A DNA stretch of 63,486 nt, filler included, from Platydemus manokwari (Eukaryota), in NCBI GenBank assembly GCA_037951405.1. It is 6 parts of 6 records of this genome, joined end to end, with 100 filler letters (N's around TTAATTAATTAA, not from the genome) between each part and the next. Parts side by side here need not be neighbours in the genome. Positions count along the whole stretch, not along the records: positions 40,757 to 54,417 come from JBBMOY011653624.1; 5 more parts are not named here. One strand, given 5' to 3'. The stretch's first letter is position 1. The number at the start of each line of letters is the position of its first letter. The notes beneath the pieces were generated by a model that made no database searches, was not told the DNA's origin, and was given only the letters and a program-made list of their open reading frames with translations. Positions 40,757-51,479 of the stretch are shown one piece after another. The position numbers and the translations under genes were made by a program.

Positions 40757-41291
40757 TCAAGCATAACAAAAGTTAATTAAAAACCTTTTAATATTATCCA
40801 AATTGTTAGAATCAATATGATTATCATTATTATTAAGCTTGATAAAAAGGTTTAGTAAGTTAATTATAAAATATTTAAATTTATTAACCAAAGCTAAATT
40901 TAAATTATCAACAATCAAATATTTATCAAAATTTATAAAATTTATTAAAAAACATTTAATAAAATTCATAAAATTAATAACGAAATTTTAAAAAAGTGAA
41001 AAAAAAACTAACGTTAATCTCACTAAATTTCAAATTCCAATCTTGACTGTTCTTGGTGTCTCCGTTGATTGGTTGGCCAATCACCTGCAGTCAATGCATG
41101 CACAGCGTGTTTATACATGAGCAGTCAGACATTCGCGGCACAATATTTGCCTCAAATTCAATAAAATCATCAAATATCCAAATCCCAATCATTTTCAAAA
41201 CATCATTTCACAATCATTTCACATGTTGTTCGTTTCTTAATAACAAAACAACGTTTTTCATTCAACCCCACCCATAAAAACATAAATACTA

Positions 41292-41500
41292 CAACACATT
41301 GACGGACGCACTCCAATATACGAAAATTTCTTTTTCTCACTACTCTTTTTAGCTTTTTTCTTTACAATTTATATTAATGTTGCAATTTTTCAATGCATTG
41401 ATTTTCATATATATATATAATAATACTACTTTCCATTCATCATTAATCATTTTTAATCGAACCAGTGACCTTTAGATCTTCAGTCTAACGCTCTCCCAAT
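41292..41500 (-). repeat. tRNA-Phe-headed repeat, copy 1
   Basis: Colinear with 44938-45193. Shared blocks include CGAAAATTTCTTTTTCTCA, CTTTACAATTTATATTAATGTT, TTCAATGCATTGATTTT, (AT)n, AATAATACTACTTTCCATTCATCATTAAT and ACCAGTGACCTTTAGATCTTCA. Confidence 0.9.
41456..41499 (-). pseudogene. tRNA-Phe(GAA) fragment (D-loop to T-loop; both acceptor-stem strands missing)
   Basis: Reverse complement TTGGGAGAGCGTTAGACTGAAGATCTAAAGGTCACTGGTTCGAT is the conserved animal tRNA-Phe core, with anticodon arm TTAGA-CTGAAGA-TCTAA and T-loop GTTCGA. Confidence 0.9.
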
Positions 41501-44500
41501 TAAAATATTTATCTTTCATTTTTTCCTCGAATCATTGTCTCCTTCTCCTCTTTTAGTTCTATGATGAATCCGCTTTGGTGATGATGCCAAATTCTTGCTG
41601 AGTGCCTGATGTTTGAAATGGACAGCTCCTTTGTTATGTACATCATGTTCTGTAACTTAGATTTTCAGTAGTGTCAATATTGTGCTTTGCGGAACAGGAT
41701 CCAAGTGATCCAATTATAATTGTCTGGATACTGACTGTGTAACCAGGCTTGTGTTCGTATATTCGATTTCGCAGTGGGATATAATATTCAAAATTCCTAC
41801 TGTGTGCATTGTTAAAGAGATCCTCCTTGTTAAGCTGGCACTTTACATCAGCGCGATAGATGGTTTTTTTGACTGGACTCTATATGCACAAGTCAATTCT
41901 TAAGTTTGAAACCTCATCATTATTGAGTAGATAAGGAATTGTCTCATTGATTAAGTGTGAAGATTTAATTTCCTCGTAGACCATTCGTAGGCATTCGTCA
42001 TGTCTTTACACTATTAGGGTCAGGCAATGGATACAAGTTTGTAGAACATGCATCAATATTTCCTCAGGTGCAATGCACCTTATGCACTTCCTCTTGTCTG
42101 GGTCTCTTTCGAAAATCCGCCCGTTTACTAGCAGCACGTTTAACCTGGCTCGATGAATAAATTGCCATGCATGACTTCCAATGAGTCCGTTGTAGATTAC
42201 TGAGTTAAATCTTGTATTTGTTGTAATGATTTTGGCCAGATAATTTGATGCTTTTCCTTGAAGCCATTTTTGAAGGTAGGATTCTCGGATTGATTTGTGA
42301 ATTATTTGAGTAACTTTATTCTTGTCCTTGTTGCCTATTACCGCTGTTTTTCCTGAGGAGTTGTTTAGTCTGATGTTTACATCATATCCTATGCTTTCGA
42401 ATTCGATTGAGATAAGGTGTTGTTTTTTGAAATGATTGATTGCTAAGATTAAAGGCAGCCACCAGCATTTCTTGGCATTTAAATTTTTTGATTTGACTGC
42501 TACTCCTGTAAGCCATTTCAAGGATTGCTCAAATGAAGTCGGTGTGTTGGTTAGTCTTGATAATGATACTTGGTATAGTGTTTCTTGAATAATTGTTTTC
42601 AGATCACTGTCCAGTGAATTTAGTAGTTTGTAAGCTTGAATAATCTGCTATAAATGATGTTCGTCAAGTCCCACAATCCTGCTCCGCAATTTTTTGTTTC
42701 TATGTAGATATAGCAGGATTCACCCTGATGTGGCAATGATAATTTCTGAAGCATTTTCTAACTTCTGTGCAGCGATTTTCTACAATTCTAGATGTTTTTC
42801 GATCTTTCTTCGCTTTAAAGGCGCTGATTTTCATTTCTCTAGTTCAGAAGGCAGATGTCAGTGTTAGAAATAGGATGGTTCTGATTGCATTGATCTTTTG
42901 AAAACTCATGATTTGTAGATCTTTTGGACTATTTACGATGATTGCAATGTCGTCAACATATGCGAGAACTCTGATTTAGTTGTTGAATATTTGATAATGT
43001 GGGACGTCGACGGTTTTCATTGCAGCAAGAACCAGGTTAATAACCATAGAGAACAGGAGCATTGACAGTGGGCGTCATTGTTTTACTCCAATATTTAGTG
43101 GCAATTCATTTATTATTATTATCTTTAATGATTTTCTGAAAGCCACTACTAATTCCATGTTTTTTCAGAATTTAAAGCATGCGATAAAATTGGGAAAGCA
43201 TTTTTTATATCAAGCCATGCTACAGATGTCGGCTTTTTAGTTCTCTTATGCTCTTCGAAGAAGGGCATTGTGCTCGATGCACCCCTCGAATTCCATTCCA
43301 ACGTTCGGACCAGGACTGAGGATTTTGTTATGAGAGATCCACTGTAATATACGGTCCGCAAGTATTTCTGTAATTAGTTTGTAGCTCGAGTTGCATAGAG
43401 CGATTGGTCCCCAGTTTTATGTGTTAGAATAGTTATCTCGAACTGGTTTGGGGAGGAGAGATGTTCTTAATTGTTTCCATCCTGATGTGCATCGTTTACT
43501 AGAAATAATTTATTTGAATAATGATTCCAGAAGGGTCAAGTGTCTTGAGGTGAGAGTAATTAACATTATCCGGTCCAGGAGTGCAGTTGTCGAGTGATTT
43601 GTGCTTCCGAATTATTTGATCTGAGGTGGTTGGTTCCAAATCCAGTATGAACTCACTTGGAGTATAAAAATTGATAATGTCTGCAGAAATGTGGTTGAAT
43701 GTGTCGAATGAAAACGCTTCGGTAAAGTCGGATGCAGAGAATCTTCTTTTCATTGAGAATTATCTTTTCGATTGTAACTTTGGGGTTGATTTTGTACATG
43801 GCTCTGAGTTTTGTAGCATCCAGAAGTTTGAATGATTATTTAGAGCCAAGATATGGTCGAGGATGGCAACTGAGTTTGGATTCTTTGGCTGGCATTTTTG
43901 ATATGATGAGCTGGTTGATTTGATTAATGTCAAGGTCAGTAAATGATTTGAGAATTTCATGTAATCTTTCCATTTGTTCCGATATTGTCAGAGTCCGTGT
44001 TGGTTTTTCCGCTATTAGAATAGGATTGTTGTTGATTTGTTTTCATGTTGTTATTAATGATTGAAACTCTTGAACTGAGTGTGTTTGCCATTTTCTAAAC
44101 CTTGATATCAGTGAGAGAAAGATCTCTGCTAAAATGATAGATGTAGGAGCATATGAGGACATTGCTAAATAGTCCAGATCCTTTTGAGAGATATTGACAG
44201 CTTCAAAAAGCCTTATTTTCTATTTTGATGAAAAGAATGTTGACAACTTTTTGAAGAACATCTTTGACTAGAATGGATAGGTCCTCGTTTGGAAAGTTTG
44301 TTGATGGGCCAAAGAAATAGAATTCTCAATTTTCAATATCGATTACTATGAGTCATAAATGATAGTTTGGTGGATGTATCAAGCAGTAAATAGTGTCCGC
44401 GTTTTTTACTTTGTCTTTTTCGAGGTAAGAAATAAGGTAGCTGTGATTTTTGTCGATTAGAGCGATGATTGTGATTAGATCGTGTTCAGAATTAATCTCG

Positions 44501-44935
44501 GGTTCAGAATTTCCGTTGCAAAGATGGTGTGCTAGTTTTCTAATGTTGAGTACTGGAAATCAATCTTTTGAGATGCTTCGTCCTTTTGATATTTGGAGAG
44601 CATAGTAGCAGATCATTAGACCACAATCAACGTCATTGATTTGATTGCTTATATTTGTTGCTTGTTCATGAATCAAGATATGATTAGTGCCAAACGAGTT
44701 GTTTAGATAGTGGTGTATTTTCTCAGATCTTTCAATAGATTTTTCCAGTCTAAAGACAATGATCCAGTGGCAATGAGAGATGTTGATTGATGCAAATAAT
44801 ATATTTGTTAGCTGATGATGAGATTTGACATTAAATGTCGTAGTTTCACCGTTTCATATTTGTAAAGCCAGCTGCGGATGAATAAAGTCTGATGATGGAG
44901 GTTTCTAATATTTTGCCGTCTTTTAAATTACTCTA
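41501..44935 (-). mobile_element. Degenerate NeSL-clade-like RLE non-LTR retrotransposon with Ulp1/C48 protease remnant (element 1), probably 5'-truncated
   Basis: Protease motifs INISHCHWIIVF..QINDVDCGLMICYYA (~44600-44800). RT motifs TPGPDNVNY, VAWLDIKNAF, GVKQ..PLSMLLF, VLAYVDDIAII. C-terminal WQFIHRARLN..CIRC..EILMHVLQTC, RHD and IIIGSLGSVP. Many stops and frameshifts. Confidence 0.9.
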
Positions 44936-44937
44936 TC

Positions 44938-45073
44938 GAACACACTGCGAAGATGCATCCAATACACGGTGATGATGACCCTGTTATTAGACGAAAATTT
45001 CTTTTTCTCAGTACTTTTTTCTGCTTTTTTTCTTTACAATTTATATTAATGTTACAACTTTTCAATGCATTGA

Positions 45074-45104
<31 letters not shown>

Positions 45105-45193
45105 TTAATAATACTACTTTCCATTCATCATTAATGATTTTATCAATGGAGAACACCAGTGACCTTTAGATCTTCAATCTAACGCTCTCCTAA
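44938..45193 (-). repeat. tRNA-Phe-headed repeat, copy 2 (tRNA part 45155-45193)
   Basis: Reverse complement TTAGGAGAGCGTTAGATTGAAGATCTAAAGGTCACTGGT differs from copy 1 by two transitions. It is followed by the same AT-rich body with a longer (AT)n. Confidence 0.9.
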
Positions 45194-48100
45194 TAAAACA
45201 TATTTTACAGAGTTTTTATATACAATCAATAAGGTATATGCCAGCAAGTCAAACCAAACAAAAACAGAGTTGGCAGCTGAGTTGGGAGGACTTTAAATTG
45301 TGTGATTCTTCTTTATCCTTTTCGACACTGATTATGTTTTTTTCATTGATCATTTATGGCCGGTCCAGTGTCTCTGCAAAGGTCGATGTAATTGATTGGA
45401 ACATCGGATTCGTGAAGATGCCATATTCTTGTACTGAATCTTATTGCATAGATGCTTTATCTCGTTTTTAGAAATTCCAATACGTTTGAGGATTTCGATC
45501 GTTGAATCTGGAATACTTCCAAGAGATCCGATCACAATCGTCAGAAGCTGAACCTGATATCTTGGTTTTTGTTCACAGATTTCCTGTTTCAGTCTCTGAT
45601 AATGCTCAATATTTTTTGCTATGCAGTTTCCAATTGTTTGAGACATATCGATTTGACATTTAACATCAACGAGATAGATTTTATGAGATTGTGCATTTTC
45701 AAGATAGATATCTATGCTTTTTCTCGAAGTGATGTCCGGTTCAGTAAGATATTGGACAGTGTCTTTGATATTGACATTCCATCCGGGTTTGCGAAGTTGT
45801 TAATAGATGAGATTTGTGAGTCATGTCTTTGAGTTATGAGACTTTTGTTACATCGGCAAGTTTGTAAAATGTCTCATTTGACAATGTCTCAGTATGACAA
45901 CGCCGACAGAGTCTTGCATATGGACATGCAATGATCGGCAACCAGTTGTGTCGAGCTCAATGTACAAATTTCCAAGAAAAGTGCCAATTTCTCCTCTATA
46001 AACAATTTTGTTTAACTTATCGTTGTGATTGACACATTGGCAAAGAAGATTAGAGCGTTGACTGCTGGCCCATTTGATTCGATATGTCAGGTGAACATTG
46101 GCATGGAGAATTCTTGTTATCTTTATGCTGTCTGTTGGTTGGATGACTTCAGTTCTATTTGAGCCATCAGTGAGTCTTAGGTTGAAATTTAGATTGTCTA
46201 ATTCAAAGCTGATGTAGATTTTTAGGTGATTCCTGAAGTAGTCGATGGCTTTTCTGATTCGTGCTCCAATATTTCGACCATTTAAACGATTGTCGTTCAG
46301 CCATTCAAGTGATTGCGATTGAGATAGATTATTGTCTCCACTTGATCTGCATGTAGCAGCAAACATTAGAGATTCTCTCGTTACTTGACAAACACTCGGT
46401 TCTTGTGAATTGAGCAATTTGAAAGGTTGGACTAGTTGTTGTAAGCTGTTGTAGTTCACGAAACAATTGACAGAGTTTTGTATTTGGATTGCCATTCAAG
46501 ATGTTTCTTTTTGACTTCTCTGGTTCTGAAAGCGAATGTCAAACGTGAAAAACCAAAGGTTTGTGTCTTGAAGAAATGGATAAGGTGTTTGGTCAACATT
46601 ATATCCACTGCAACACCTAGATAATCTTAGAATTCTTCAGGTTTCAGATGATCATTGATGATAATGTTGAAATCGTTGGGTGATTCGTGAGGAATTTCTA
46701 GGAAGGCACACTTGTTTGGTTGATAGTGAAGATTGCATAGTGATTCTGTTGATGATGCAATATCAATAAAGTATTGTAGATCTTTGCACGAGTTGGCAAT
46801 TATTACAACGTCATCAACGTAAGCTAGAACTCGAAACTCTTTGCCAAACATTTTGAATTTATTGCAACCTGCATTTTCGATAGCGTTGAGAACTGGATTA
46901 ATGGCAAGAACAAACAAGATCATTGATAATGGACACCCTTGCTTGACACCAACATTTATTGGCAATTGTGGAGTGTTGATTTGTCCACATTTCTAGTACG
47001 TTGAAGTGTTTTCATATAATTCCCGAATGATATCAATGAAATTCTTGTCAACTCCAATTGATTTGAGATTTTGTCACATGGATTGATGTGGAACACAGGG
47101 AAAAGCACTCATTATATCTAGAAATGCAGTTGCCGTTGCTCTCGGTAATCCAATTTTATTCTTGACGAACTCAAAAGTTGCTGAAAGGATAGCATTGTTT
47201 TCGATGCCTCTCTTGATTATGATCCACCTTTTTGTCCCGGGTGCAAGATATTATTTGCTTTCAACAACGATATCAAGCGATCGGTTAGGATTGAGGTGAA
47301 TATTTTGTAGGTTGAGTTGGTCAGAACAATAGCTCGCCAGTTCTAGACATCTTTGTAATTAGATTTGTTTGGTTTCGGTAATAATGTTGTTTAGAATGTT
47401 TTCCATTTCGTTGGTGAAACTCCGCTTTGGATGATTTTGTTGAAGAAGAGCCACAGAAATTTACCTTGTGGATCCAAATGGATAAAATGGGTATAATTTA
47501 CTCTATAAGGACCCAGGGCACAATTTTTTAGTTTTTCAAATTTGGCCACAATTTCTTCACAAATGAAATCTTTGATCTTCAGCTTTTCAGTCACCGGAGT
47601 AATTGATTAAAATAGTCGATAATCAGAGTCGATAATTGGTTTTGAATGTTTGGCAAATATTCTCAAATGACGGAATTTCTAAATCGGTGTCAGATGAATG
47701 AAGGATTTTATTAATAGTCATCTTTATTTTTGTTCGAAATAGCAGACGAAGTTTCGATTTTTTTGATACAAGTCTTAGTGCGGTTGTTGACCAATTTCAG
47801 TGTTGAGTTTATTCTACTTGCCAATGAATCCAAGTCGATATTTTCAAGAGATTGATCGAGAACAAAGTGCTCAATATATCTACAGATCAGCAACTGACTG
47901 AAAAGACAGGATCACTTCACTTGATACAGACATTTATTTTCTTTAATTTCGACTGTTTTTTCCAAGAGAAAATAGGAAAAGTGCTCCACGATAGTCGATG
48001 CATACAGTGTCAAGTCCGGATTAACGTTAAGCGATGTTGGATTGAAGATATAATATTCTCACGTTTCAATGTCCACAATAATCAGGCATAGATGGAAACC

Positions 48101-48860
48101 TGGTGGGAATATTAGACAAAATATGATCCGTGTTTTTTTCAGAGTTGGTATATTATGGTAATTGATAAGGTATTACCAATTACCTTCAAATAGTGACATA
48201 CAACTTGTTGGGTTCAATATCGAGAATGTCATATTCCAATTCAATGATTCCATAAATTTCATGATGAAATCACAATTCATTTTGCTATTCACCACTCGAG
48301 TATTCTCTTTGGCGTTGAATTCTTGTTCACTTGAAAATTCCAGCATAAAATCCTTAAAGAATGGTACAATTTTCTTTATATTTTCAGATATGATTCCAAC
48401 AACGGCCTGTAAGATTCTGGTGAAATTCATAACGGTTGATGGCGTTATAAATGCCTTGGATTCTGGTGTTAATGCAGCTGATCCATTAACAAAGAAAGAT
48501 TTCAATAGCTTAACAAGAACCTTTTCATCATTGAGACCATCAATAGTGATTGATTTTCCAAGCAAGTTATACATCAACCCTCACTTCTCTTTGTAATTGT
48601 ATATAGTAAGGTATAGAAAAACGAACGTTATCGAGTATGTAGTCTCGGTTGCCATTTATCATACTGATAATCAGTTCATAGTCCAGAACAAATATGTTTT
48701 GGAAGTTTTGGAATAAATATTTGACTGAATTAATAAGATTGATTTTGTAATAGTAGTTGTAGACAATGGACCTTCAATGATTAAACCAAATAAATTGAAG
48801 AGACGGAGAAATAATGGTTATGGTAGTAGTGGTGCGAATATTGATGATAATGAGGGTATT
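45194..48860 (-). mobile_element. Degenerate NeSL-like RLE non-LTR retrotransposon (element 2), related to but diverged from element 1
   Basis: RT motifs CALGPYRVNY, AFLDIMSAFPCVPH, NVGVKQGCPLSMILFVLAINPVL, VLAYVDDVVII and YLGV. C-terminal YRARHN..CRRC, RHD and LLTIVIGSLGSIP. Upstream IIFCLIFPPGFHLCLIIVD may be a diverged protease segment. Confidence 0.88.
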
Positions 48861-48869
48861 AAAAAAATT

Positions 48870-50900
48870 GGGACGTTGGAAAATAAAATTGAAGACTTGT
48901 GTAAAGAAATTTCGAAAATAGTTTGGAATACGTTGGCATACAACTGTAAACTTTTAGTATTTATGAAAGTAATGACGGAAATATTACTTATAAATGAAAA
49001 TATTTCGATATCTCTATTGAAAATAGGATAAGAAATTTAATTAAAATAAAGCTAAATTATTTTTTAACGAATTCGACATATTAGAAGCCAGATTGTAAGA
49101 GAAGAGTCTACGGACACGTTTTTGAATCAAATTTTACTTTATTATGATTACGTGATGAATTATGGCATTGTGCCAAAAATGATGTTGTTGTGAAAATAAA
49201 AAAAACCTGTGTATAGAAGAATAGAGGAACCATGCAAAAATGTCAAAGAAGGGCAGTACACTTTTAATTGAATTGAATTTTAGTGAAAAAGATAAAATTT
49301 TGGAACTGATCAACAAAAATATATCAATATCAGAAGAAGGATTTCAGAAAAGTTGAGAAATGAAGTTGCTATTATTTTATATTAAATGAAAACAAAAAAT
49401 AAAAAAAATAAAATATTAAGAAATGGAATTTTCTGCTTTTGTTTCTAAAACTCTGAGAGAAAATTTAAACTGTAAGAGGTTGAGTTCGACGTTTGGCATT
49501 CGAGGGAAGTAGAAGCGGAGATTCAGAATAATAAACGAGTAATATTAGCGAATGATATGGTACTAGGAAATGTTGATTGCTTTGTAAAAGCTTTGGTTGT
49601 TGACGGAAATAGCGGAAAAGTGGATAGTTTCTTTGAGTTTGTGTTTGGAGCCGATAAGAGAAACAGTGAAGAAAGAGGGATTTGATAATATGCGATTCGT
49701 TGCTTAAAGCTAATAACGGATATGTCTCGGAAAGGTTAAAGAATGAATTTAGATTGCGTAGAAGAAATAAATAAAATCAACGAGGACAGCACTTGGAATT
49801 CAGTTGGGTTGTATAATTTTTGTTCCAAAAATCGAGAAATGAAATTTTAAAAAACATCAAACAGAACTGAAATGATAAACTGAATTCTGAGGATAATAAT
49901 AATCTAATGAGGGTTCTAGCCAAATACAGAAATAGTTTTAGTTTTGGGTTAAAAGGAGATGCTAAACATATAGTAGATAGAATGTTTGAATTGAACGTCA
50001 TTATTCCAAGTAATTCAGTGTCGAATTTCCCAATAATGCTAGTCAAGGAAAAAAATGGAACGAATAAAATGCGCATAGATTATAGGAAACTAAATGCTGC
50101 TACGTTCAGATCAATTTTTCCATTCACAAATTCCGAAGAAATATTCGATGCTGTACTTTTCAAAAATGGATTTGGCGACCGGATATCATGAATTTGAATT
50201 GAAGGAAGAAACGAAAGAGAAAACACTATTCAGCACTAGATACAGACAGTTTCAGTTTAATCGAATGCCTTTGGGATTATGTTCAGCACCTGCTACTTTT
50301 CATAAACTTATGAATGAGGCTGTGAAGACTGAAAATTGGACAAACTGTTTAATCTATCTAGATGATATTCTGATATTTGGAAAAACAGTCAAAGAACACA
50401 ATGAAAGGTTGGAAGGAATTTTTAATCGAATAGATGAGGCTGGGTTGAAAAGGGTTCCAAAGAAATTTTTTTTCCTAGGAAAAGAAATTAAGTATTTAGG
50501 ACATGTGATTGACGTAAACGGCATACGAACAGATGAAGACAAACTTGGGGTAATAGAAAATTGTCAAAACATCAATGTGTCAAGGAAAAACAGGAATTTA
50601 TGAGATTATGTGGTTATTACTGGCGGTGTATAAAGGATTTTCCTGGTGTTACCTAACCGCTATACCAATTAGTGAAGAAAGAAAGTAAATTTGAGTGAAA
50701 CAATTAAGCAACTGTATCTTTTCACAAATTGAAAACATCATTACTGTCACCACCAGTTCTAATTTCCCATGCAAAGAAGGGAAATGTTTTGGTACTGACA
50801 TATCTTTCGGTGCTATAGGAGCCGTGCTTCCTCAAACACAAAACGTTGAAAAACGAGTGATAGCGTATGCATAAACAATATTGACAAAAGCTAATACAAC
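48870..50900 (+). mobile_element. Degenerate Ty3/Gypsy retrotransposon (RT/RNase H remnant)
   Basis: FPIMLVKEKNGTNKMRIDYRKLN, FSKMDLATGYH, QFNRMPLGLCSAPATF, LIYLDDILIFG, IKYLGHVI and TDISFGAIGAVL. Confidence 0.92.
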
Positions 50901-51479
50901 CATAAGTATAAGAATTATTAATTTTTTCGGTTAATGGTGAAATTTTTATTTCTCTATCTTCACCTACTTTTTAGTTAATTCTTTTATTATGAAATGAAAA
51001 TCATATTTTGATCCATTATAAAAATAAAGTGAGAAATCTTTTGGTTTCCTAGCTAATACAATCTTAACATGGAGCTCCTCAACAATTGTTTTCTTTTAAA
51101 TAATGATTATGATCTCTAAATTTAATTATTGGTTCTATTGTTAGTCCCAGATTATGTAATTATTTTCTTATAAATAATTATTGTTGTTAATCACGGGATA
51201 TGTAATATCGACGAAGTTGGATCACAAATAATTATTTCTTTGAATTTCTTTTTACAAGAAACACAGTTAGATGAATCTCAGATTTATTTAGATTTTCAGG
51301 AAAACGCAATAAATTTTAAAGCAATAAATTTTGATGGAAACCAACAATGTTTTTACTAGTGACCAAACCAAAATAAATGCTCCTACTAAAACCAAACGAT
51401 TCTTTCATTTATCAATCCAAGATGCTGATAAATGATTTCAGACAACTAAAGATTTCACCCCATTTAATCAAATTATATA

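Noticed and set aside
41456-41499. Functional tRNA-Phe gene
   Set aside because: Both acceptor-stem strands and the 5' D-stem are missing, so it cannot form a cloverleaf. Kept as a fragment.
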